Counted from the stretch's first letter, positions 1 to 7,690 are shown. The stretch is 29,777 bases of DNA from Myxococcota bacterium (GCA_040079715.1 JBEBJW010000001.1:1-29777), one strand, 5' to 3'. Notes: a model not told the origin generated them from the letters alone. Numbers and translations: made by a program.

Positions 1-11
1 ACCCCGGGATG

Positions 12-473
12 TCAGCGTCGGCGGCGCTTCGCCGGTCCGGGCGGGGAGCCGCCGGTGGCGCCGGACGCCCGGACCACCGCGTCGCGGGCGGAGCTCATCG
101 CCGAGGTGATCTGCTCGTCGCCGCCGTCGAGGACCCGCAAGTGCAGGCCGCTGATCGCGGTGAGGACCTCGACCAGCGCGGGCTCGGTCGTCGCGGCGTC
201 GAGCGCCCGCCCGAGCGCCTCGGCGGCGGCGGGATCCGCAGCGGCGATGTCTGCGAGCAGGTTCCGGGCCGCCACCCGGCGGCGGTCGACCGGCGGCTCG
301 GGCGGGGCGCGCGCGACCACCATCGACGGCGCGGGATCGCCGTCCCCGGCGGGCGTCCGCGCCCGAGCCGACGCGCGGGACCGAGTCCATCGGCGGATCC
401 CCGCGATCCCCGCCGCGGCGATCACGACCGCAGCGCCGCCCGCGACCGCCACCAGCGCGAGTGTGCCCGTCAC
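12..473 (-). CDS. Hypothetical protein with a single N-terminal transmembrane anchor (153 aa)
   Basis: GTG start after a G-rich RBS-like stretch; hydrophobic N-terminus (LALVAVAGGAAVVIAAAGIAGI) followed by RRW; divergent from the spike gene. No family recognised. Confidence 0.55.
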   Translation of the reverse strand: MTGTLALVAVAGGAAVVIAAAGIAGIRRWTRSRASARARTPAGDGDPAPSMVVARAPPEPPVDRRRVAARNLLADIAAADPAAAEALGRALDAATTEPALVEVLTAISGLHLRVLDGGDEQITSAMSSARDAVVRASGATGGSPPGPAKRRRR

Positions 474-518
474 GCGTCCCCCCGCCGGAACGTACCGCGG
501 CGCTGGGTCCTCGGGAGC

Positions 519-548
519 TTGACGATCCCGATCGCCGGTCTCTACAGT
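519..548 (+). promoter_or_regulatory. Sigma70-type promoter for the spike gene
   Basis: TTGACG (519-524), 18-bp spacer, TACAGT (543-548); GGGAGG RBS at 572-577 before ATG 585. Confidence 0.6.
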
Positions 549-584
549 GGGATACTCCTCTGTCTCTCATCGGGAGGCCCATCC

Positions 585-1469
585 ATGGCCAAGGTGACCG
601 ACGCGGGCGGGCGGCCGCACTCCGGCATCGTCCAGCAGCCCGTCATCGGCGTGGTGACCGACAACCGCGACCCACTGGGCTGGGGTCGGGTCAAGGTCAA
701 GTTCCCGACCCTCCACGGGGAGCCGCCGTCGGACTGGATCCCGCAGGTCGCCCCGAACGCCGGCAAGGAGCGCGGGTTCTACGCGCTGCCCGAGATCGAC
801 GACGAGGTGCTGGTCGTGTTCCTCCAGGGCAGCCAGGAGGCGGCGGTGGTCCTCGGCCAGCTGTGGAACGGCGAGGACATCGCGCCGAAGGAGGCGAAGG
901 ACGCCCACCCCGCACCGGGGAAGACCGACACCGGGGCCACCTGGTCGACCGACCAATTCACCGCCGGCAGCCCGAACTTCGAGAAGAACGACCGGCGGTT
1001 CTGGAAGTCGCGGTCCGGCCACCTGATCGTGTTCGACGACACCGAGGCGGCCGAGTCGATCCAGATCTGGGACAAGGATCACACGCTTTCGCTGGTGTTC
1101 GAGACGAAGGAGCAGCGGATCATCCTCGCGAACACCCAGGGCGATCTCCACATCCGGACCAAGAAGGACCTGTACCTCGAGGCCGGCCAGGACATCAAGT
1201 GGCGCGCGGGCCGCGACATCGTGGGCGAGTCCGCCCGCGACACGACCCACGAGGCCAAGCGGAACTGGTCCAGCAAGTCGACCCAGGAGTCGAAGCTCGA
1301 GGCGGGCACGAACTTCACGATCGACGCCGGCCAGAACCTCACCTGCAAGGCGTCGATGTCCACGAGCGTCGAGGGCAGCGTGAGCTACTCGGCGAAGGGC
1401 GGGTCGACCGCGAAGCTCGAGGGCGGCGCGATGACCGAGGTGAAGGGCGGGATCGTCAAGATCAACTGA
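585..1469 (+). CDS. Phage baseplate assembly protein V / Gp5-type (VgrG C-terminal) spike protein, eCIS-like, 294 aa
   Basis: Gp5 OB-fold signature (GVVTDNRDPLGWGRVKVKFP...W...GFYALPEIDDEVLVVF), KSRSGHLIVFDD motif, beta-helix repeats, C-terminal GGIVKIN. Start reassigned to ATG 585 on RBS and promoter evidence. Confidence 0.85.
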   Translation: MAKVTDAGGRPHSGIVQQPVIGVVTDNRDPLGWGRVKVKFPTLHGEPPSDWIPQVAPNAGKERGFYALPEIDDEVLVVFLQGSQEAAVVLGQLWNGEDIAPKEAKDAHPAPGKTDTGATWSTDQFTAGSPNFEKNDRRFWKSRSGHLIVFDDTEAAESIQIWDKDHTLSLVFETKEQRIILANTQGDLHIRTKKDLYLEAGQDIKWRAGRDIVGESARDTTHEAKRNWSSKSTQESKLEAGTNFTIDAGQNLTCKASMSTSVEGSVSYSAKGGSTAKLEGGAMTEVKGGIVKIN

Positions 1470-1543
1470 TCGCCGACCTCCTGCTCGCCGCGCTCGACAC
1501 AGCCGATCGTCCGGAGCGTTACGACGCGTCGGGAGGCAGCGCG

Positions 1544-2293
1544 ATGGGCCGTCCGAGCGATCCGGTGCTGAAGTGGCTCCGGGCCCTGGTCGACAGCAGG
1601 GGGCTGAACACGGCGTCGGTGGCCCAGAAGTCGGGGCTGCCGCGGGCGCGGATCCGGAAGATCCTCACCGGCGCCGAGCCGATGCTGGTCGACGAGCTGA
1701 TGGTGCTGTCGACCGCGCTGTCGATCTCGCCGAAGGACATGGGCCTGCCGGACGGGACGCCCACCGAGCTCCCGACCGACGAGCCGGCGATCGATCCGGC
1801 GCTGGCCGAGCTCGTCGGGGCGCCGAACCCGGTGGTCGACCCGTGGGGCAACCACATCGAGCAGTTGTTTCGGGTCGCGTTCGGCCTCGGATGCGACTTC
1901 TTCTTCTTCTCGGACCCAGCCGAGCTCGCGGACAGCGGGATCCCGCCGAAGGTGCTGGCGCAGTTCCGCGACGATCTCGTCCCGCTGCAGATGAAGGCCG
2001 AGTTCCACGCGTACAACAACCCGCGGTACGACGACGACGGGATCACCCTGACGATGTCGTTCGACGCCCTGTACGAATGCCGGTTCCCGTGGACCAGCGT
2101 CCGCCGGTTCATCTTCCTTCCCACACAGATCACCGCCGCCGCCGACCAGCCGGCCGGGCCCCGGGTGGTCGAGGCGCCCGCGCCCGAGGCGTCTCGATCG
2201 TCGGACGCCGGTGACGCGGTCGAACCGGAGGCGACGCCGCCCGCGGCAGACGCTCCGCGGAAGGGCAAGCCCCACCTGCGCCTGGTGGACTGA
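1544..2293 (+). CDS. XRE/Cro-type HTH fused to an SspB-like (ClpXP specificity factor) domain with acidic linker and C-terminal XB-like motif, 249 aa
   Basis: GGGAGG RBS then ATG 1544. N-terminal HTH (LRALVDSRGLNTASVAQKSGLPRARIRKILTG...ELMVLSTAL); middle resembles SspB (GIPPKV...LVPLQM...YDDDGITLTMSFD...CRFPWTSV); ends RKGKPHLRLVD. Confidence 0.7.
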   Translation: MGRPSDPVLKWLRALVDSRGLNTASVAQKSGLPRARIRKILTGAEPMLVDELMVLSTALSISPKDMGLPDGTPTELPTDEPAIDPALAELVGAPNPVVDPWGNHIEQLFRVAFGLGCDFFFFSDPAELADSGIPPKVLAQFRDDLVPLQMKAEFHAYNNPRYDDDGITLTMSFDALYECRFPWTSVRRFIFLPTQITAAADQPAGPRVVEAPAPEASRSSDAGDAVEPEATPPAADAPRKGKPHLRLVD

Positions 2294-2318
2294 CGACGGG
2301 TCCACGGGCACTCTCGGG

Positions 2319-2347
2319 CGTACGTGTGCCTCCGATGATACGTACGT
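2319..2347. promoter_or_regulatory. Candidate toxin-antitoxin operator pair
   Basis: CGTACGT at 2319-2325 and 2341-2347 (22 bp apart); second copy lies in the perfect palindrome ACGTACGT, just upstream of the antitoxin RBS GAGGAGG. Confidence 0.4.
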
Positions 2348-2361
2348 CCGAGGAGGGGCCG

Positions 2362-2580
2362 ATGAAGGCATCCGAGCTGCGTGCCGACATCTACCGGGTG
2401 TTGGACCGGGTCCTCGAGACGGGGATCCCGGTCGAGATCGAGCGGAATGGGCGGGTTCTCCGCATCGTCGCCGAGCCGCTCGGTTCGAGGCTCGATCGGC
2501 TGGTTCCCCACCCGGACGCGGTGGTCGGTGACCTGGACGAGCTGGTCCACCTCGACTGGTCGTCGGAGTGGCGCCCGTGA
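2362..2580 (+). CDS. Type II antitoxin, Phd/YefM-like (72 aa)
   Basis: MKASELRADIYRVLDRVLETGIPVEIERNGRVLRIV matches the Phd-type N-terminus; strong RBS; stop overlaps the toxin start (GTGA). Confidence 0.8.
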   Translation: MKASELRADIYRVLDRVLETGIPVEIERNGRVLRIVAEPLGSRLDRLVPHPDAVVGDLDELVHLDWSSEWRP

Positions 2581-2951
2581 TCCACCTCGACACCCACGTG
2601 GTGGTGTGGTGCTACGCCGGTGATCGCGCCCGGCTGGAGCCGGTCCGCCACGTGCTCGACGGTGCGACGCTCGGGGCCTCGCCGATGGTCCGGTTGGAGC
2701 TGCAGTACCTGTACGAGATCGGCCGGCTGCGCGTCCCGGCTTCGACCGTGGTCGCGGAGCTCGCCGACACGCTCGGTCTCGTGTCCACCGACGCTTCGTT
2801 CGGAGCGGTCACAAGCGTGGCGGCGCGGATGGCGTGGACCCGGGATCCGTTCGACCGGCTGATCGTCGCGAACGCCGTCGTGGACGGCGTGCCGCTGCTG
2901 ACGCGAGACGAGACGGTGCGGGCCCACTTCCCTGGCGCGAGGTGGGACTGA
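2577..2951 (+). CDS. vapC: PIN-domain (VapC family) toxin, 124 aa
   Basis: IHLDTHVVVW N-terminal PIN motif, SPMVRLEL, TRDPFDRLIVA, LLTRD; GTG 2577 overlaps the antitoxin stop. Confidence 0.88.
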   Translation: MIHLDTHVVVWCYAGDRARLEPVRHVLDGATLGASPMVRLELQYLYEIGRLRVPASTVVAELADTLGLVSTDASFGAVTSVAARMAWTRDPFDRLIVANAVVDGVPLLTRDETVRAHFPGARWD

Positions 2952-3024
2952 CCGAAGTGGCGTCGACGCAGGCGACCGTCCCGTGGCGGGATCTCCCACA
3001 GATGAAGCCCACACGGACCTTTCG

Positions 3025-3074
3025 CCGACGACGGTCGGCCGGCCACCCGACTGTACCGGTCGGGCGACCGTCGG
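3025..3074. terminator. Nested GC-rich stem-loop between convergent vapC and flp genes
   Basis: CGACGGTCG (3029-3037) pairs with CGACCGTCG (3065-3073); inner CCCGAC (3046-3051) pairs with GTCGGG (3059-3064). No clear U-tract. Confidence 0.35.
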
Positions 3075-3093
3075 TGATCGGCTCGACGGACGA

Positions 3094-3258
3094 TCAGGTC
3101 AGGTGGTTCGCGACCGAGTTCCACATGTTGACCGCGTTCGTCGCGAACAACGTGACGGCGCCCAGAATCGCGAGGAAGATCAGCGACGCGATCAAGGCGT
3201 ACTCGATCGCGGTCGCGCCCCGCTCGTCAATCCAAAAACGACCAAGGTGGTGGGTCAT
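3094..3258 (-). CDS. flp: Flp/Fap (type IVb, Tad) pilin, 54 aa
   Basis: Hand translation MTHHLGRFWIDERGATAIEYALIASLIFLAILGAVTLFATNAVNMWNSVANHLT; prepilin G|ATAIEY motif plus hydrophobic helix; AGGA RBS. Absent from the ORF track. Confidence 0.92.
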   Translation of the reverse strand: MTHHLGRFWIDERGATAIEYALIASLIFLAILGAVTLFATNAVNMWNSVANHLT

Positions 3259-3282
3259 GGGGATCCTGTTCGGTGTAGCAGT

Positions 3283-3450
3283 CTAACTCAGATGGGTGGC
3301 GATCGAGTTCCACATCGTGGTGACTCGGCTCGCCATCAGCGTGACCGCGCTGAAGATGATCAGGAAGATCAACGAGATGATCAACCCGTACTCGATCGCG
3401 GTTCCGCCGCGTTCGTCGGCGACGAACTCAGCCAGGGGGGAGTGGGACAT
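3283..3450 (-). CDS. flp: Flp/Fap (type IVb, Tad) pilin, 55 aa
   Basis: Hand translation MSHSPLAEFVADERGGTAIEYGLIISLIFLIIFSAVTLMASRVTTMWNSIATHLS; G|GTAIEY motif. Absent from the ORF track. Confidence 0.92.
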   Translation of the reverse strand: MSHSPLAEFVADERGGTAIEYGLIISLIFLIIFSAVTLMASRVTTMWNSIATHLS

Positions 3451-3477
3451 GGGGGGGCCTCACGCGCTCTCCCCTGA

Positions 3478-3502
3478 ACCGTAGCACGGCGAAAATTTTC
3501 GC
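3478..3502 (-). promoter_or_regulatory. flp promoter: extended -10 plus perfect 14-bp palindrome
   Basis: Minus-strand TGc-TACGGT at 3478-3486; GCGAAAATTTTCGC palindrome at 3489-3502. Confidence 0.5.
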
Positions 3503-3518
3503 GCACGCGGAGATTCGC

Positions 3519-4148
3519 TTACGGAAGGTCGTCTTCGGCCGGAGACGCCTGTGGTGGCGCGGTTACAGCCCGGTATGCGAGCCACCCGAGCCCGATCACG
3601 ACCGCGATCGCCGCGATTCCGGTGGCCCGGTGGAGCAGGCCGGCGGCGACTTCGGCGATCGGGGTCCCGAACCAGTACCCGAGCGCGACCGTCACCGGGA
3701 TCGCGATCATCAGCCCGATCCCGTCGAACAACGCGAACCCGCGCAGCGGGACCCCCATCGCGCCCGCCGCGACGAACACCGGCGCGCGGAACCCGACCAT
3801 GAACCGGCCGATCAGCACCGCCGCGGTGCCGTGACGGCCGACCAGCCGCTGGGCCCGCGCGAGCTTCTTCGACCCGACGAGCCACTTCATCCGGCCGGAC
3901 TCGAGCAGCCGGGCGACGAGGAACCGCCCGATCGCCCACGACGACAGGTCACGGATCCCGACCCCGAGCCACGCGACGAGCAGGGTGACCGGCCAGCTCC
4001 AGTCGCCGGCGGCGATCCGGTTGCCGGCGATCATCAGCGGCACGTCTTCGGGCAAGGGGACGAAGATCCCGGACCCGGCGCACACCACCCACAGCCCCGG
4101 GTACCCGGTGCTCTGGGTCAGCGCGCTCTGGATCAGCAGGTGCACCAT
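3519..4148 (-). CDS. DedA/SNARE-associated family membrane protein, 209 aa
   Basis: PLPEDVPLMIAG, G...D...W.IGR and LIGRFMVGFRAPVFVAAGAMGV motifs; several transmembrane segments. Confidence 0.88.
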   Translation of the reverse strand: MVHLLIQSALTQSTGYPGLWVVCAGSGIFVPLPEDVPLMIAGNRIAAGDWSWPVTLLVAWLGVGIRDLSSWAIGRFLVARLLESGRMKWLVGSKKLARAQRLVGRHGTAAVLIGRFMVGFRAPVFVAAGAMGVPLRGFALFDGIGLMIAIPVTVALGYWFGTPIAEVAAGLLHRATGIAAIAVVIGLGWLAYRAVTAPPQASPAEDDLP

Positions 4149-4256
4149 TCGGGATCCCCCGCGCCCGGTTCCGCGACCGGGTTCACCGTCTAGTTACCCC
4201 GGCGCGAGCCGCCGCGGGATGACCGACGATGAACCGGGGTCGACCGCCGTCCGTCG

Positions 4257-4619
4257 TCAGGCCAGCTCGAGGTGCTCCGCCATGTCGCGCAGGAGCTGGC
4301 TCGCGGGGCCGGTCCGGTGGTTGGTGATGCACTTCTTGTACGCCTTCCACAGGTCGGCGAGGAACGCGTCGTCGGTCAGGCGGTGCTCGTCCGGCACGGT
4401 GTCGTCGCACGGGAGCGCCACCCCCGCGATGCACCGCCGCGAGTGGAGCGACCGCACCGCTGACATGAACAGGCGGCTCGCCTCGGGCTCCCCCCGCTTG
4501 CGCAGCTCGATGAAGGTCTGCCAGGCCACGCTCTCCGGGAGCACACCTTCTCCGGTGGGGATCGCGCGCAGGTTGCGCACGAGCTCACGGGAGCTGCTGC
4601 CGGCGTCGACCAACGTCAT
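4257..4619 (-). CDS. Hypothetical helical protein, 120 aa
   Basis: GGAGG RBS before ATG 4619; protein-like composition (MTLVDAGSSSRELVRNLR...LADLWKAYKKC...), unlike the Arg/Pro-rich shadow portion of the same frame. Confidence 0.7.
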   Translation of the reverse strand: MTLVDAGSSSRELVRNLRAIPTGEGVLPESVAWQTFIELRKRGEPEASRLFMSAVRSLHSRRCIAGVALPCDDTVPDEHRLTDDAFLADLWKAYKKCITNHRTGPASQLLRDMAEHLELA

Positions 4620-4637
4620 GGGGCCTCCAGGGGGGAT

Positions 4638-4690
4638 GGTCCAGGCCGGCCAAAAAAAGCGCCGGACCTGGACCGCCGCGCATGTTACCA
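4638..4690 (-). promoter_or_regulatory. Extended -10 promoter and 5'-leader hairpin of the 120-aa gene
   Basis: Minus-strand TGg-TAACAT at 4682-4690; 13-bp stem (4638-4650 with 4661-4674, one bulge) around an A7/U7 loop. Confidence 0.5.
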
Positions 4691-4811
4691 CGGCCGCTGG
4701 TCCGAGCGGGCCCCGGTGGAACGTCCGATCCGTCCGTCCGGTCCAGCGCCTCCTCACCCGTCCACCAGCAGTCCTCCACGGCACGGGGTGCCCCCCCGCA
4801 GCGGAGCGCAC

Positions 4812-6194
4812 ATGAATCTTCGCTCGACCGCTCGGGGCTGGAATCGCGGAGCTGGTTCTCACGGTTTCTTGACCGCGATCGCGGCCTGGCTCCTGCTGTC
4901 CGGGGCGCCGGCCGCAGCGGGGGAGTTCCCGTACCCGGTCGCGCAGCAGACCCTCGACAACGGGCTCCGGCTGTACGTCGTGTCGATGCCGTCCACCGGT
5001 GTGGTCGCGTACGGCACTTGGATGTCGGTCGGGTCCCGCGACGAGGTCGACCTCGGGCGCACCGGGTTCGCCCACTTCTTCGAGCACCTGATGTTCCACG
5101 GCACGCCGACCGTGCCGGCGGCCGCCCGCGACCGGGAGATCCTCCGCCTCGGCGCGGACGACAACGCCTGGACCTGGCTCGACGAGACCGTGTACCACGC
5201 GATGCTGCCGTCGGCGTCGCTGCCGCGGTTCGTCGAGCTCGAGTCCGACCGGTTCGCGCACCTCGCGCTGACCCCGGAGGGCGTGAAGCGCGAGGCCGGC
5301 GCGGTGTACGGCGAGTACCGCAAGAACAGCGCCGATCCCGGCTCGGTCCTGTCGGTGGCGCTCGGGAAGGCCGCGTTCGGCGCCCACACGTACGGGCACG
5401 ACACGATCGGCCTCGAAGCAGACATCGCGGCGATGCCCACCGGTCACGAGGCTGCGCTCGCGTTCTTCGATCGGTTCTACCGGCCGGATCACGCCGCGGT
5501 GCTGGTGGTCGGCGACGTCGATCCCGCGTCGACGTTCGCGCTGCTGACCGCGGCGTACGGCGGGTGGGCGCGGTCGTCGGCGCCGCCGCCTCCGGTGCCG
5601 GTCGAGCCGCCGCAGACCGCGATCCGACGGGTGAACGTCGACTGGCCGACGCCCGCCACCGCCCAGATCGCGTTCGGGTGGAAGATCCCGGCGTTCCACG
5701 CGACCGATCCGACGGCGGCTCGCCTGGCGCTGGCCGGAGACCTGCTGCTCGCGTCGACCGGCCCGCTCGAGCGGCGGCTGGTCCGCGAGGAGGGGCTCGC
5801 GTACGCGGTGTACGGCGGCCCGGACGAGACGGTCGACCCCGGGCTGTTCCGGATCACGGTCGAGGCGCGCTCCACCGCCGACCTGCCGCGGATCGAGGCG
5901 GTGATCCGCGAGGAGCTCGCCCGGCTCGGTCAGGCGGTGGACCCGGCGGTGCTCGACGCGACCCGCGCCCACCGGCGGTACGCGTTCCTGGCCTCGCTCG
6001 ACGACCCGCTGACCGTGCTGCACGTCCTCGGCGATTCGCTCCGCCGCGATCCGGATCCGGCCGCGCTCGACGCGTACCGGGCGGCGATCGCCTCCGCGGC
6101 TGCCGACGAGGTGGCCGCGGCGATCCGCGACACGTTCGTCGACGCCCGGCTGACCGTCGCCACCCTCACCCCGCCGCCGGAGCAGACCCCGTGA
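4812..6194 (+). CDS. M16B zinc peptidase, catalytic subunit (secreted)
   Basis: Inverted zinc motif HFFEH in GRTGFAHFFEHLMFHGT, NAWT, FFDRFYRPDHA, R-x-GLAY. Start uncertain (ATG 4812 or TTG 4869). Confidence 0.9.
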   Translation: MNLRSTARGWNRGAGSHGFLTAIAAWLLLSGAPAAAGEFPYPVAQQTLDNGLRLYVVSMPSTGVVAYGTWMSVGSRDEVDLGRTGFAHFFEHLMFHGTPTVPAAARDREILRLGADDNAWTWLDETVYHAMLPSASLPRFVELESDRFAHLALTPEGVKREAGAVYGEYRKNSADPGSVLSVALGKAAFGAHTYGHDTIGLEADIAAMPTGHEAALAFFDRFYRPDHAAVLVVGDVDPASTFALLTAAYGGWARSSAPPPPVPVEPPQTAIRRVNVDWPTPATAQIAFGWKIPAFHATDPTAARLALAGDLLLASTGPLERRLVREEGLAYAVYGGPDETVDPGLFRITVEARSTADLPRIEAVIREELARLGQAVDPAVLDATRAHRRYAFLASLDDPLTVLHVLGDSLRRDPDPAALDAYRAAIASAAADEVAAAIRDTFVDARLTVATLTPPPEQTP

Positions 6195-7690
6195 TCCTCG
6201 CCGTCCTCGCCGCCGGGTGCGCCCCGAAGATCGACCCGGGCCCGGTCGCCGCCGAGGTCGCCGCCGCCCCGGTCCGGCTGGTCGCGAGGCCCGTCGCCGC
6301 CGCCCCGGACGTGTACTTCGCCGCGATCGTCGCGGCTGGCTCGGCGTACGATCCCGTGGGGAGCGAGGGGATCGCCGCGCTGACCCTCCGGGCCACGGTC
6401 GACGCCGGGGCGGGTGACCGCTCGGCGGCCGAGGTCCGCGACGCGCTGTACCCGCTCGGCGCCGCGTTCGACGTGGTGGTCGACCGCGAGTGGGCCTCGA
6501 TCCGGCTCCGGTGCCACCGGGACCACGTCGCCGCCTGCACCGCGCTGTTCGTCGACGCGCTGGTCCACCCCCGGTTCGACGACGCCGACGTGGCCAGGCT
6601 CCGCGACCGGTCGCTCGAGGCGGTGACCGACGGGATGCTCGCGGACGAGGAGACGCTCGGGCGCGAGGTCCTCGACGCCGCGCTGTACGAGGGCCACCCC
6701 TACGGGCACCCGCCCGACGGCCGGTCCGGGGTGCTGCCGCTGCTCGACGCCGCCGCCGCCCGCGCGTTCCACCACCGCCACTACGTCCGCGCGTCGATGG
6801 TGGTCGGGATCGCCGGCGGGTTCGACGACTCCGCGCAGGCCGCGCTCGCCGAGGCGCTCGACGCCGTCCCCGGGCTCCGCCCGCCCGAGCTGCCGCTGAT
6901 GCAGCCGGCGCCGGTCCTCGGCCGGTCGTTGGTCGCGGTCGACACCGACACCCCCGTGACCGGGTACTGGTTCGGCCAGCCGATCGCGCTCGATCGCACC
7001 GATCCGGACTGGGCCGCGATCCAGGTCGCGATCACCGCCCTCGGCGCGCACCGCCAGTCGTTCGGCCGGCTGTTCGAGGCCCTCCGCGGCGATCGCGGCC
7101 TGAACTACGGCGACTACGCGTACGTCGAGCCGTACATCGAGCGCGGCTCGGCGATGCCCGACCAGGGCGTGCTCCGGCGCCAGAACCGGTTCGCGGTGTG
7201 GGTCCGCCCGACGTCGCTCGACAACGGGCCGTTCGCGCTGAAGCTCGCGGTCGACGAGGTCGAGCGGTGGGTCGCCGACGGGCTGACCGCGGACGAGTTC
7301 GACGACGTCCGGTCGTACCTCCGGTCCGGGCTGCCGGTGCTCGCCGCGGATCCCGGTCGACGGCTGGTGTACGCGCTCGACGCCGTCGCGACCGGGACCC
7401 CGGACCCGTTCGACACGCTGCCCGCGGCCCTCGACGCGTTGACCGTCGAGCAGGTCAACGCCGCGATCCGCGCCCACGTCGACCCGAAGAACCTGGCCGT
7501 GGTCGCGGTGTCCGGCGAGGCTGCAGCGCTCGTGACCGCGTTGACCGAACAAACCGCGACGCCGATCGTCTACGCTGACGGTGCGGCCGATCCGTCCCGG
7601 GCCGAGCGCGACGCGCGGGTCGCGGGCGCCACGCTCGGGATCGAGGCGGATCGGGTGACGGTGATCGACGCCGAGGGAGTGTTCCGATGA
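6191..7690 (+). CDS. M16B peptidase, non-catalytic partner subunit, probable lipoprotein (499 aa)
   Basis: GTG overlaps the upstream stop; LAAGC lipobox; M16 fold motifs (HPYGHP, LRGDRGLNYG) but no HXXEH. Confidence 0.85.
   Translation: MILAVLAAGCAPKIDPGPVAAEVAAAPVRLVARPVAAAPDVYFAAIVAAGSAYDPVGSEGIAALTLRATVDAGAGDRSAAEVRDALYPLGAAFDVVVDREWASIRLRCHRDHVAACTALFVDALVHPRFDDADVARLRDRSLEAVTDGMLADEETLGREVLDAALYEGHPYGHPPDGRSGVLPLLDAAAARAFHHRHYVRASMVVGIAGGFDDSAQAALAEALDAVPGLRPPELPLMQPAPVLGRSLVAVDTDTPVTGYWFGQPIALDRTDPDWAAIQVAITALGAHRQSFGRLFEALRGDRGLNYGDYAYVEPYIERGSAMPDQGVLRRQNRFAVWVRPTSLDNGPFALKLAVDEVERWVADGLTADEFDDVRSYLRSGLPVLAADPGRRLVYALDAVATGTPDPFDTLPAALDALTVEQVNAAIRAHVDPKNLAVVAVSGEAAALVTALTEQTATPIVYADGAADPSRAERDARVAGATLGIEADRVTVIDAEGVFR

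Noticed and set aside
9-584. N-terminal extension of the spike ORF, and similar extensions of ORFs at 461, 4682, 6023, 11003, 21586 and 22001
   Set aside because: Shadow translations; internal starts have RBS or stop-overlap support and mark where recognisable domains begin.
585-2951. Prophage or integrative element call for the spike-HTH-TA block
   Set aside because: No integrase, att repeats, terminase, capsid or other tail genes, and no visible compositional shift.
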